Below are positions 47,133 through 56,598 of a stretch of DNA of 64,000 bases, one piece after another. The notes below the pieces were generated by a model. That model was not told the DNA's origin. It did not search any database and saw only the letters and a list, made by a program, of their open reading frames with translations. The stretch lies in assembly GCA_028821475.1 (NCBI GenBank), contig JAPPGB010000171.1, positions 12,727 to 76,726 of the forward strand. Direction: 5' to 3'. Positions within the stretch are counted from its first letter, which is position 1. Each line of letters opens with the position of its first letter. The position numbers and the translations under genes were made by a program. The stretch is from Spirochaetaceae bacterium. Lineage in GTDB: Bacteria > Spirochaetota > Spirochaetia > SZUA-6 > Bin103.

Positions 47133-48731
47133 CTACCAGGCGCCGCGCAGCGGCCACGCGGAAACGGTCTTGACGCTGGCGACTCCGCCCTCGGCGAAGA
47201 GGTCGAGGCCGGTGGCGGAGGGGTCGGGATAGAGGCGGTCGGTGAGCGCGGCGCCGCCGCAGTACACCTCCAGGACGGAACGGTCCACGAAGATGCGCAG
47301 GGTCACGGTGCCTGACGCTCCGTGAACGGTCCCGGCGGGCGCGGTGACCCGCGGCGCCTGCATTTTGTCAGCGGCTCCCTGCAACTCGCGTCGCTCGTTG
47401 GCGGCGGGGTTGGCGTAGACCTGCTCCGGGCCGAGCAGGCGGTCGATGCCGATGCGGTTGCTTGCCGGCTCGTACCAGACCCGCGCGGCCCGGCCGTCCG
47501 GTGACAGTCGCACCGCGGCGCCGAAGCGGTGAGCGGAGGTGCGGGACAGGTCGGCGGTCAACTCCAGTTCCAGGGCATCGCCGGACACTTGGTCCAGGTA
47601 GCCGCGGGTGCCGGGGGCGATGGCGAGGTCCCGTTGCCGCTCGGACGGCCCGCGCAGGGATTCGAGTTCAGGTATCGGGCGCTGGATGAGCTCGTCGCCG
47701 GACAGCTCCAGGACGCGGGGGATGCTGTGGGCGCCGATCCAGTACGGAACCGTGTCTACCGGCGAGCGGGCGCCGATCACCCAGCCGTGCAGCAGGCGGC
47801 GCGGTGCACCGCCCGGGCCCTTGTCGTCGACCATGTGCGGATTGACGCAGTAGAAGAAGCCCTGGTCGATGAAGCGCGGTTCGCGCCGGTCGGGATGGAA
47901 ACGGCGCGCCGCACGGTCGTAGGTGCCGGTCCAGTAGGGGTTGCCGGCGGCGCCGACCATCAGGACGGCACGGTCGTTGCTCGGTACGCTGTCGGGTGCA
48001 CCGAACGGGACCAGGTAGGGGAGTTCCCAGTAGCGGCGTCGGGGGTCGTGGTCCTCGGCGATGGTGCCGCGGTGGGTCCAGTACTCCAGGTCGGGCGAGG
48101 TCCACAGGTGGGCGGCGCCGCGCCGGGCGGTGCCCTCCCCCACCGCGCCGCCGATGAGCTGTTGCCACAACTCGCCTTCCTTCCACACCTGGGCGTCCCA
48201 GTGCACGGGCGAGGCGGCGTTGGGGCGCTGCTCGTTGCCCATCACCTTGTGCTTGTGCCAGGTCAGCCAGCCGTCGGTGCTGCGCGCCAGGATGCCGTAG
48301 GTCTCCTCGTGGCCACCGACGTTGCCGGTGTACAGCGCGCAGGGAAACCCGTCGTCGTCGATGAACGTGTTGCCGGAGTAGACGCCGGCCACGTCGTAGC
48401 GGCTGTCGGGCCACATCGCCACCGGCCAGTCTTCCCAGTGCAGCAGGTCGGCGGAGCTGGCGTGTCCCCAGCAGATTCCGCTCTCGCTGCCGTTCGCGTA
48501 CACCGGGCGATACTGGTAGAACAGGTGGTAGACGCCGTCGTGGTAGATGGGGCCGTTGGGATCGTTGATCCAACCCTCCGGCGCCGTGAAGTGGTAGATC
48601 GGCCGGTGCGGGTCGCCTGCCGCCATCCAGCGGCGCAGTTCCCGGGCGGCGCCGCCAAAGAGCGCACGATCCTTGCTGGTAACCGCGACGCGAAAGTCGC
48701 GCACCTCCCGGGGCCACTGGTCCGCGTTCAT
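47133..48731 (-). CDS. glycoside hydrolase family 32 (third copy)
   Basis: WINDPNGPIYHDGVYHLFYQYRP. ATG at ~48731 with an AGGG SD. Overlaps the upstream oxidoreductase stop by 4 nt. Confidence 0.85.
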   Translation of the reverse strand: MNADQWPREVRDFRVAVTSKDRALFGGAARELRRWMAAGDPHRPIYHFTAPEGWINDPNGPIYHDGVYHLFYQYRPVYANGSESGICWGHASSADLLHWEDWPVAMWPDSRYDVAGVYSGNTFIDDDGFPCALYTGNVGGHEETYGILARSTDGWLTWHKHKVMGNEQRPNAASPVHWDAQVWKEGELWQQLIGGAVGEGTARRGAAHLWTSPDLEYWTHRGTIAEDHDPRRRYWELPYLVPFGAPDSVPSNDRAVLMVGAAGNPYWTGTYDRAARRFHPDRREPRFIDQGFFYCVNPHMVDDKGPGGAPRRLLHGWVIGARSPVDTVPYWIGAHSIPRVLELSGDELIQRPIPELESLRGPSERQRDLAIAPGTRGYLDQVSGDALELELTADLSRTSAHRFGAAVRLSPDGRAARVWYEPASNRIGIDRLLGPEQVYANPAANERRELQGAADKMQAPRVTAPAGTVHGASGTVTLRIFVDRSVLEVYCGGAALTDRLYPDPSATGLDLFAEGGVASVKTVSAWPLRGAW

Positions 48732-49798
48732 CCCTGGTACCTCTTGACGATGTCGATGATCAGGCCAATGTCGTCGCGGGCGGCGGCCAGCGGCGTGCGA
48801 CACGGTACGCGCGCCACGATGCAGTCGTGGAAGTGGCGCAGCTCGCGCAGGAAAGGGCTCTCCCAGTCGACCGCCGGCTCGGTGCGGTAGGCGGTGCCGT
48901 GCTCGTCGGTGCCCTGAACTACCACCTGCGACAGAATGCCGCGCGCGAAGCCGGTCGGATAGGAAAGCAGCACGCGCCGCCGGTCGCCGTACACCTCCAG
49001 CGTCTCCCGGAAGTCCCACAGGTCGGGCAGATCGATCCAGGTGGCGACGCAGCGCGCGCCGTCCGGGTACTGCAGCGTGAAGGTAACGGCGCGGCCGTCG
49101 CGCCAGATCTCGGTGCTGACCACGGCGCTCGGCACGCCCAGCAGAACCCGCAGACCGTACAGGTCGTGGATCGCGCTGCCGGACAGCAGGTTGAACGTGC
49201 GCTGCACCATGGGCGAGACGTCGCCGATCGCTCTGCGGACCGCCGCGCTGCGCTCAGTCCGGGTCTGCTCCACCAGGCCCGCGGGGTGGTCGTCGAAGCG
49301 GCGAATGTCGAACTGCCGCAGGTGAAGCGCGTTGTCGGGGTGCAGGTGATTCACCTGCACGAGGCGCACCCGGTCGATGTCGCGCACCGCCTGTTGCGCC
49401 AGCTCGAAGGCCGGGTCGTATACCTTCATGTAGCCGGCCTGGGCGACCGTGCCGGCGGCCGCCTGCGCGGCGATCAGGGCGTCGATCTCGTCGAGCGAGA
49501 AGCACAGCGGTTTCTCGATGAACAGGTGCTTGCCCGCCTGCAGGACGGCGATGGCCGCCTCGGTCTTGGGATCGGTGTGGCACAGCAGCACCGCATCCAG
49601 GTCGGTCGCCAGCAGGTCGCGCCAGTCGGTGACGTGGCGCGGCACGTGAAACCGGCGCGCTGCATCGGCCGCCGCCCGTGGCGAGACGTCGCACACGATC
49701 GCTACATCGAACTGCTCGTCGAGCGCCGCAAGGTTGGGCAGATGGTGCACCTGGGCGATGGCGCCGCAGCCGACGACTCCGATCCTGACCCGCTTCAT
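48728..49798 (-). CDS. Gfo/Idh/MocA family oxidoreductase
   Basis: MKRVRIGVVGCGAIAQVHHLPNLAAL Rossmann N-terminus and a ...EKPLCFSLDEIDALIAA core. Confidence 0.8.
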   Translation of the reverse strand: MKRVRIGVVGCGAIAQVHHLPNLAALDEQFDVAIVCDVSPRAAADAARRFHVPRHVTDWRDLLATDLDAVLLCHTDPKTEAAIAVLQAGKHLFIEKPLCFSLDEIDALIAAQAAAGTVAQAGYMKVYDPAFELAQQAVRDIDRVRLVQVNHLHPDNALHLRQFDIRRFDDHPAGLVEQTRTERSAAVRRAIGDVSPMVQRTFNLLSGSAIHDLYGLRVLLGVPSAVVSTEIWRDGRAVTFTLQYPDGARCVATWIDLPDLWDFRETLEVYGDRRRVLLSYPTGFARGILSQVVVQGTDEHGTAYRTEPAVDWESPFLRELRHFHDCIVARVPCRTPLAAARDDIGLIIDIVKRYQG

Positions 49799-49874
49799 GA
49801 CGTGAGCCGCGGCTTTGCCACCCTGGACGATCCGCTGCGCGGTCGCCACCGGCTCGTCTCGGTCGGGAGCCGAT

Positions 49875-50579
49875 TCATGGCGCGGCCCCGCCCGGCTGCG
49901 CGCTCCCCGCGGGTAAATCCGCCTCGTGCGGGTCCACGCTGCGCGCCGCGAAGTCATTCCAGGCGGCGGCCAGCTCCATGGTGCGGCCGAACAGCTCCGA
50001 CAGTGCCTCCCACGTTGCATTGCGCGCCGCGTGCGCGGCGGCCTCGTCGCCCGCATCCACGGCCCGCCGGTAGCCGGTGAGCTGCTCCCGTTGCACTTGT
50101 TCGGCCGCGGCAGCCGCCCGCGTCACGGCGGCGGCCGCCGCCGATTGCCGCGCCGCCAGCTCCCCGGTAGGAGTGGTGCAGTCCGGCTGCCGGTCGTACG
50201 CCGTTGCCGCCGCGAAGCGCGGCGGCTTCCTGCTGCCGTCTTCGTTCCAGAAGGTGTGCGTGGGCTGGACATGCGGCGTGACCGACAGGAACATCACCAC
50301 CTCCTCGTCGCCGACGTTGCGCACGGTGTGATACTGGTCGGTCAGCGCGATGCACAACTCGCCCGGACCGAGCACCGCCCGCTCGCCGTCGATGTCGAAC
50401 TCCGCGCGCCCCTGCAGGATGAGGAAGATCTCGTGGCCGAGGTCGTGGGTGTGGCCGGCGTTGAACTGGCCGACCGCCATCTTCAGGAAGCGGCAGCGAA
50501 TCTGCGGCGTCACCAGGAGGTTCGCGATGTCGCTACGGTAGTCGTAGACTTTCAGAGCCATGATTTCGATGCCGATCAT
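49875..50579 (-). CDS. cupin-domain protein
   Basis: Cupin-like core (GHTHDLGHEIFLILQGRAEFDIDGERAVLGPGELCIALTDQYHTVRNVGDEEVVM) with an Ala-rich C-terminus. The start is uncertain (MIGIEI vs MALKVY). Confidence 0.6.
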   Translation of the reverse strand: MIGIEIMALKVYDYRSDIANLLVTPQIRCRFLKMAVGQFNAGHTHDLGHEIFLILQGRAEFDIDGERAVLGPGELCIALTDQYHTVRNVGDEEVVMFLSVTPHVQPTHTFWNEDGSRKPPRFAAATAYDRQPDCTTPTGELAARQSAAAAAVTRAAAAAEQVQREQLTGYRRAVDAGDEAAAHAARNATWEALSELFGRTMELAAAWNDFAARSVDPHEADLPAGSAQPGGAAP

Positions 50580-50676
50580 GCTCCCGGTTGCCGGCACGCG
50601 CAAGCCCGGCCCGGCGGGTCCCGGACGCGCCGCCGATCGGGGTATGCATGGCATGGCGGCGGGAGTATCGTGCGGC

Positions 50677-51567
50677 ATGGTGCGCTATCCCGACCACACC
50701 CGGCCACCGGTGCCGATGACCGATGAGCAGAAGTTCTTCTTCGACCTGCGCGGCTGGCTGGTGCTGCCGGCGGTGCTCTCGGACGCCGAGCTGGAGGCGA
50801 TGCGCGCCGAGTGCTACGCCGGGGTAGACCGGCTGGCCGAGCGTGCCGGCGGCGTGAAGGATGGCCACTCGGGCGTGCTGCAGACGCTGCTCGACCATCC
50901 GGCGGTGGCCGGCGTGCTGGCGGAGATCCTGTCCGAGGAGCCGTACGACCTGGACGAGTGCTACGGGTTCCGGTGCGAAGACTCGCACGTGATCATGCGG
51001 CCGCCCGGCTGGCGCAAGACCCGGCGCGGCGACCAGGGGATGCCGCACGTGGTGCGCCCGCCGCAGATGGCCAACGCGATGCGCTACCAGGTGGCGGGCA
51101 ACCGGATCTTCTCCGGCCTGACCCGCGTGGTGTGGGAGCTGGAAGAGGTCCGGGAGGGCCAGGGCGGCACGTCGTTCCTGAGCGGCTCGCACAAGGCGCA
51201 CTTCGGTTACGGCGGCCGCGACCGGTTCGCATCCGACGCCGGGGGCTCGCCGTGGCTGGAGCGCATCCACGACGCCATGGACACCTACGGCTGCCCGGCC
51301 GGCTCGGTGGTGATCTTCACCGAGAGCCTGCTGCACGCCGCCAACGACTGGACCAACCCCGACAACGGTCGCTGCGCCATCTTCCAGTGCTACAACTCGC
51401 TGTGGGCGCAGTGGCACCGCCCCAACGTCACCCACGAGCAGGTGGAAGCGATGCCGCCGAAGCGGCGCACGCTGTTCCGGGGCGTCTGGCAGCTCGGCGG
51501 CAACACCGCCTACTCGGCCGACAACCGCACGCTGATGCGCCCGTCGCCGCACGTGCCCACCGGCTGA
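50677..51567 (+). CDS. phytanoyl-CoA dioxygenase (PhyH) family Fe(II)/2OG oxygenase, copy 1
   Basis: N-terminal MTDEQKFFFDLRGWLVLPAVLSDAELEAM, ...GTSFLSGSHK... and ...VVIFTESLLHAANDWTNP are typical of the PhyH family. Confidence 0.8.
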   Translation: MVRYPDHTRPPVPMTDEQKFFFDLRGWLVLPAVLSDAELEAMRAECYAGVDRLAERAGGVKDGHSGVLQTLLDHPAVAGVLAEILSEEPYDLDECYGFRCEDSHVIMRPPGWRKTRRGDQGMPHVVRPPQMANAMRYQVAGNRIFSGLTRVVWELEEVREGQGGTSFLSGSHKAHFGYGGRDRFASDAGGSPWLERIHDAMDTYGCPAGSVVIFTESLLHAANDWTNPDNGRCAIFQCYNSLWAQWHRPNVTHEQVEAMPPKRRTLFRGVWQLGGNTAYSADNRTLMRPSPHVPTG

Positions 51568-51572
51568 CTGGC

Positions 51573-52184
51573 GTGGGCGACGAGCGAGGCCATTCTCCGA
51601 TCGGGGTTCGCATCCAGGTTTCCGGCAACAGTGGATCCGGCAAGACGACGGTCGCGGCGTTGCTGGCGAAGGCGCTGGACGCGGATTTCGTCGATCTTGA
51701 CGCCCTCAACTGGCAACCGGGCTGGCGGGCGCTCAACGACTCCGATCCCGCGGAGCTGGAACGCCGATTCCTCGCGGCGACCGCCGGCGAGCGCTGGGTC
51801 GCCTCCGGCTCGTACACGCGCCACTGCCAGCGCACCTTCTGGACCCGCCTTGAAACCATCGTCTGGCTCGATCTGCCGCTGCGGCTGTGTGTCTGGCGGA
51901 TCATCCGGCGCACCTGGCAGCGTTGGCGAACGCGTGAGTTGCTGTGGGGAACGAACTACGAGCGCCTATGGCCCAACTTCATGGTCTGGCGGAAGGACAG
52001 CCTGCTGAACTGGTCCGTGACCCAACACCGGCGCAAGCGGAGTGCCATGCTCGCCTACCAGACCGACCCGCGCTGGTCCCACATCCGTTTTCTCCGTCTC
52101 ACGTCGCCCCGCGAAGTGGACACATTCCTCGCCGCCGTCTCCGAGCGCGCCGCGCCGGTCCGACAGCGGCAGGAGCGTGCATGA
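51573..52184 (+). CDS. P-loop NTPase, topology-modulation protein FlaR / adenylate-kinase-like
   Basis: IQVSGNSGSGKTTVAALLAKAL...FVDLDALNW...IVWLDLPLRLCVWRIIRRT is collinear with B. subtilis FlaR-type proteins. A GTG start lies 6 nt after the PhyH-1 stop. Confidence 0.7.
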   Translation: MGDERGHSPIGVRIQVSGNSGSGKTTVAALLAKALDADFVDLDALNWQPGWRALNDSDPAELERRFLAATAGERWVASGSYTRHCQRTFWTRLETIVWLDLPLRLCVWRIIRRTWQRWRTRELLWGTNYERLWPNFMVWRKDSLLNWSVTQHRRKRSAMLAYQTDPRWSHIRFLRLTSPREVDTFLAAVSERAAPVRQRQERA

Positions 52185-52239
52185 TGCGTTCCGCGACACA
52201 CACCACGGTTCTCGTGCTCTACGCCACGGGCGTGATGTA

Positions 52240-52455
52240 TCAAGCTGGTGCGACTACCCTCAAGACTTTCTCAATCGACAACGACCGCGTGGTAGGCTTG
52301 TCAACGATGTAGCCGCTGACCTCGGGCGTCAGGAGCACGACCACGTGGCGACGTTCAGGCTGACCATAGACCTCATGCACCGTGGCACGGACAGTGTCCG
52401 TCGGGCCCCAGGGAATCTCGACTATCTCACCGTACCGTGGCTCAGCGGTTCCCAT
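52240..52455 (-). CDS. hypothetical small protein (71 aa)
   Basis: Strong SD (GAAGGAGGA) 7 nt upstream of the ATG. Third-position G+C is lower than in neighbouring genes. No recognisable motif. Confidence 0.4.
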   Translation of the reverse strand: MGTAEPRYGEIVEIPWGPTDTVRATVHEVYGQPERRHVVVLLTPEVSGYIVDKPTTRSLSIEKVLRVVAPA

Positions 52456-52666
52456 GACGGTAGTCCTCCTTCACCAGGGTGGTTGAATCTGTGCTGGCAG
52501 TGTTTTCCGACTCGTCGTGCAGGTGCTGGGTGAACTCCTGGCCGGGCTCGTGCAGGCCGTGGTTGGGAGGTGAGCCGGCGTGCGCCCATGTCGGGGTGCA
52601 CGATGCGCCAGTTGCTGCCTCTGCCCATGCGGAACGCGTGGCCCGCGAACAGGTCAACGAACTGCA

Positions 52667-53494
52667 TCAGGCCGGATTGGATTCGGTTTCCGGGAACAGC
52701 GAGGTGGTCCAGGTGCCGGGGTTGGCCGGCTCCTGGAACAGGATCTGCTGGCGCGGCGTGAGCGGCACCGAGGCCGGCGGGCGCACGCGGCGCGCCGACC
52801 AGGCGAGGTGCGACTGGCAGTACTTGTAGAGCAGCGTGCGGCGTTGGTGGGGACCCGTCCAGGGTGCCGTGCCATGCGTCAACGCTTCCGAGAACAGCAC
52901 CACCGATCCCGCCGGCGCCTCCGGAATCACGACGCCCGGCGCAAGGGAGTCTCCTTCCAACATCTCCCAGCGTCCCTGGTTTACCGTCGGGATGGGGTCC
53001 GGGCGCACGAAGTTGCTCTTGTGGCTGCCCGGCACGCAGCAGAAGCCGCCGTGGCCCGGGCCGGTGTCCACCAGGTTCCACGACACCACGGTGAACGCAT
53101 TGTGAATCCTGCCGTTGCGCACGTGGTAGTACTCCGCCGGCGAGTATGGTGCGTTGCCGCCGTGCAACTGGTGGGCGCCCATGCCCGTCTCCATGTTGAT
53201 GCCGTACAGGCGGTCGAGCCGAAACCAGTCACCGAGCGTGAGCTGCAGCAGCGGCATGATCCGGGGATGGTCGAGCAGATCGCAGAACGGCTTGCCCCAG
53301 TCCAGAAACCCCGGACACTCCGGCGCTCCCCCGGCCGCTGCGCCGAAGCGGATCTTCTCGTGCGGCGGCGGCAACCCCTGGGCGTCGATGAGCCGGTTCA
53401 GCTCATCGATTTCAGCCCGTTCGAGGACATCGGGAATCACCATGTAACCCGCCAGGTCGAACAGGTAGCGCCGCATCTCCAGGTCATGGTCCAT
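52667..53494 (-). CDS. PhyH family Fe(II)/2OG oxygenase, copy 2
   Basis: MDHDLEMRRYLFDLAGYMVIPDVLERAEIDEL..., ...GGFCCVPGSHKSNF... and ...VVLFSEALTHGTAPWTGP. The track ORF has a non-homologous N-terminal extension, so it was trimmed. Confidence 0.75.
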   Translation of the reverse strand: MDHDLEMRRYLFDLAGYMVIPDVLERAEIDELNRLIDAQGLPPPHEKIRFGAAAGGAPECPGFLDWGKPFCDLLDHPRIMPLLQLTLGDWFRLDRLYGINMETGMGAHQLHGGNAPYSPAEYYHVRNGRIHNAFTVVSWNLVDTGPGHGGFCCVPGSHKSNFVRPDPIPTVNQGRWEMLEGDSLAPGVVIPEAPAGSVVLFSEALTHGTAPWTGPHQRRTLLYKYCQSHLAWSARRVRPPASVPLTPRQQILFQEPANPGTWTTSLFPETESNPA

Positions 53495-53834
53495 CGTCCA
53501 GCCACTATGCGGACCGAGCGAGCCGGGCGTCAATCCGCCGCGGCAGGCACCAGCAGGCACCCGAGCGATGGCGATGATCTCCGGGCTTGAGGCAGCGACC
53601 GGGACCTTGCTCACGGTGCTCTCAGACTGCGATCTCAAGTAGCCACGGAGAAACAACCCGCTCAGCTCAGGCGCGGTTGCCGCGGGCGAGGCGCGACTAG
53701 TGGGTGGGCGACCTGGATGGCTCAGTGGCAACCCCAGGTGGAGCAGGCCACCGGCTTGCCGGGCGAAGGCCGGCATGTCGCACGACCTCCACCCGGCTCT
53801 CGTTCAAACCGGCCCGCCGACCGGCGATGGGCTG

Positions 53835-55568
53835 CTAGAATCCCATCTGTGACTTCAGGTTCTGGTCGATCCAGATATCGGCCTCGAACCGGCCACTGGT
53901 GCGGTCCGCGGTGTGCAGCTCTCCGTAGTAGTTCCTGACCCACGGCCACCAGTACTGCAGCTCGCGCCCGGTGCCGATGGGAATATAGGCCACCGAGTCC
54001 AGGGCCATCATGCTGAGATCCCGGATTATGCTGTTGCGCTCATCGGTGTCGAGCGCGGCCACCGCGTCGTGCCACATCTGGTTGAACTGGGGGTTGTCCC
54101 ACTTGGTCCAGTTCCAGTTGTGCCCGCCGAGGTACATCTGCATGGCGTCCAGGGCGTCGGCCTGCCCCATGCCGCGGTAACCGACCTGGTAGTCGTTGTC
54201 CTCTCCGGCCCAGAACATCCGTCCCATGATGGCGTTTTCGACAACGTCGATATTGACCTCGACACCGATCTGCTCCCAGTAACCCTTGGCAGCAACCAGA
54301 ACCTCCGAATTCGATCCCTGAGCGACGCCGCTCAAGGTCATGCCGTCCGGGTAGCCCTGCTCGGCCAGGATTTGCTTGGCCCGCTCGGGGTCGAAGTCCC
54401 ACAGTTCCCTGGTCTGCGCCGGGAGGTCCTCCAGCGCAACGTGCGTATAGGGAATGATGGAATGCACCGGGTATGAGTGGTAGTCGCCCCCCTCGCCAAA
54501 GACCACCGCCTTGTTGATGGCCGGGATGTCCAGCGCCATCATCAGAGCGCGCCGAATCTCCTTGTTGTTCAGGGGTGCCACGTCGGTCCTCAGCGCGAGC
54601 TGATACCCCCAGTCCCACGGATTGCTGACCTTGTTGAGATCCGGATTCGTCTTGCTCAGCGTCTCTTCGAACTTCGACGACATGCGATAGAACATATCGA
54701 GCTTGCCGGTTCGCAGCGCCGCCAATTGCGTGGACTGGTCGTCGATGGTGGCGTACACGAGCCGGTCGATGAACGGCACTTCGTACTCGGTGCCGTTGAT
54801 GATCGTCGTATCCCAGTAGTCAGGATTCCTGACGTACGATATGTGCGATCCCTCGACACGTTCTTCGAAGATAAAGGGCCCGGTTCCCACCATGTTTTCC
54901 CAGTCGCCTATGCCGGCCTCGACGGTCTCGGGCGCGTATATCGCGTTCATCCAGCCGGCGCCGATGACGTACGGCCAAGTGCTGCTGAACTGGCTCAACT
55001 CGAACACCACCGAGTCGCCCGAGGCGTACACCTCACGCACCCAGCCGCCGTTGTCAGTCCACTGGATCAGCGCAACTCCGGAGTCGAGGATGCGCGTGAA
55101 GCTGGCCACGATGTCGTCAGCAGTAAGCTCCCTGCTTTCCATGACGTGTTCCTTGCCCATCGCCTGCCAGAAGACGCCCGGCCGGATATTGAAGGTGAGC
55201 CGGTTGGGCTCGGCCGTCCAACTCTCGGCGAGGTTCCCGGTCATCACCCACTCCGGGCACACCACCCAGGTGTTGGACCACTCGCCGCTGCCGCGCGGTC
55301 CGACTCGCCAGTAGTCCACACGCGTCAGGTGCTCCAGGACCGGCCCGGCCGCATGCATGGCGGGGCTCCTGCTCACCGTGGCGTCCGCATTGACCGGCGT
55401 CGAGTCGATGCGTCGCAAGGTGAGCGTGCCACCGTATTGGGGCTCCTCCGTGTCCGCCGACGCCGCCGGCTCCGCGGTCGCTGCGTCCTCCTGGCCGGCA
55501 GCGCCAAGGGGCAGGCCAAGGACGGCGAACGCGACTCCCAAAAGGGCTACGATGTGTAGCTTCTTCAT
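53835..55568 (-). CDS. ABC transporter substrate-binding protein, family 5 (DppA/OppA-like), third cassette
   Basis: MKKLHIVALLGVAFAVLGLPLGAAG signal peptide, ~577 aa with the SBP-5 fold. Confidence 0.85.
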   Translation of the reverse strand: MKKLHIVALLGVAFAVLGLPLGAAGQEDAATAEPAASADTEEPQYGGTLTLRRIDSTPVNADATVSRSPAMHAAGPVLEHLTRVDYWRVGPRGSGEWSNTWVVCPEWVMTGNLAESWTAEPNRLTFNIRPGVFWQAMGKEHVMESRELTADDIVASFTRILDSGVALIQWTDNGGWVREVYASGDSVVFELSQFSSTWPYVIGAGWMNAIYAPETVEAGIGDWENMVGTGPFIFEERVEGSHISYVRNPDYWDTTIINGTEYEVPFIDRLVYATIDDQSTQLAALRTGKLDMFYRMSSKFEETLSKTNPDLNKVSNPWDWGYQLALRTDVAPLNNKEIRRALMMALDIPAINKAVVFGEGGDYHSYPVHSIIPYTHVALEDLPAQTRELWDFDPERAKQILAEQGYPDGMTLSGVAQGSNSEVLVAAKGYWEQIGVEVNIDVVENAIMGRMFWAGEDNDYQVGYRGMGQADALDAMQMYLGGHNWNWTKWDNPQFNQMWHDAVAALDTDERNSIIRDLSMMALDSVAYIPIGTGRELQYWWPWVRNYYGELHTADRTSGRFEADIWIDQNLKSQMGF

Positions 55569-55632
55569 CTCTCTCAATCCTCCTCGAATTGAATCCCTTG
55601 AATTGATACGCGACAACGTCGCGCTGATCCGC

Positions 55633-56598
55633 TCAAATACTTCGCACCTGTTCATCCTCGGTCGCACGCACAGTCGCGGCCTTCCGGTCCGACATCATTC
55701 GGAAGCTTCCGACGCCGCCCTTGAGCCTCGGATCCAACAGGTCTCTGACGGCGTCGCCGAACATGCTGATGCCGTAGACCGCAACGCTCAGCGCAAGTCC
55801 GGGCCATATTGCCATCCATGGTGCCAGGAACATGTTGTCGCGGCCCGGCCCGCTGAGCATGCCTCCCCAGCTCGGAGCAGGCGGCGGAACGCCGAATCCC
55901 AGGAAGCTCAGAGCCGCTTCGGATATGATGACTCCCGGCAACACCACCGCGTAACCGGTGATGATGAACGGCATCACGTTCGGCAGAAGATGCCGCGTCA
56001 GCACCTTGCGAAACGGGCATCCGACCGCCACTGCCGCTTGTATGTACACGTTTTCCTTGTAGCTCAGGATGATGCCGCGCATGTTTCTGGATCCTGCGAC
56101 CCCGGTCAGCACGCCAAGCGACACAATCAGCGTCAGCATGCCCGGCCCCGCAAGATCGGCGATCGTGAGCATGATGGGGAGCAGCGGCAGAGACATTACC
56201 GTGTCGACAAACCTCTGCAGTATCAGGTCGAAGGTGCGGCCGATATAGCCGCTCACCATGCCGACCACCGTGCCGATGCCCACGCTCACGGCGGCGCCGC
56301 CCAATCCCACGATCATCGAAATGCGCGCGCCGTAGATGACGCGGCTGAGCATGTCTCTTCCCAGGTTGTCGGTACCGAGCAGGAACGCGGCCGAGGGCGG
56401 TTCGAGCGTGTGCGCCATGTGCAGCTCGTTCATCCCGTACGGCGCCAGGAGATCGGCAAACACGCCGGTAAAAAGCATCAGCAGCGTGATGGCTCCGCCA
56501 AATGCGCCGAGCGGCTTCTCCTTCACGAGCCTGATGAGAAACTCCAGGAATCGAGACTGCCGTGGCGCGGTACCGTTTGCTGCGCGTGGCGGCTTCAT
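55633..56598 (-). CDS. ABC transporter permease DppC-like
   Basis: MKPPRAANG...LGTDNLGRDMLSRVIYGARISMIVGL...VRDLLDPRL. Start ATG at ~56598. Confidence 0.85.
   Translation of the reverse strand: MKPPRAANGTAPRQSRFLEFLIRLVKEKPLGAFGGAITLLMLFTGVFADLLAPYGMNELHMAHTLEPPSAAFLLGTDNLGRDMLSRVIYGARISMIVGLGGAAVSVGIGTVVGMVSGYIGRTFDLILQRFVDTVMSLPLLPIMLTIADLAGPGMLTLIVSLGVLTGVAGSRNMRGIILSYKENVYIQAAVAVGCPFRKVLTRHLLPNVMPFIITGYAVVLPGVIISEAALSFLGFGVPPPAPSWGGMLSGPGRDNMFLAPWMAIWPGLALSVAVYGISMFGDAVRDLLDPRLKGGVGSFRMMSDRKAATVRATEDEQVRSI

Noticed and set aside
52442-52657. 71-aa ORF immediately downstream of PhyH-2 (MTCSRATRSAW...)
   Set aside because: No SD, Ser/Thr/Ala-rich low-complexity product, and it overlaps the SD/start of the better-supported small ORF at 52240..52455. 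Kept only as part of the spacer observation.
53495-53776. N-terminal 94-aa extension of PhyH-2 in track ORF 52667..53776
   Set aside because: The extension (MPAFARQAGGLLHLGLPLSHPGRPP...) has no similarity to PhyH N-termini. The homologous start is at MDHDLEMRRYLFDLAGYM.
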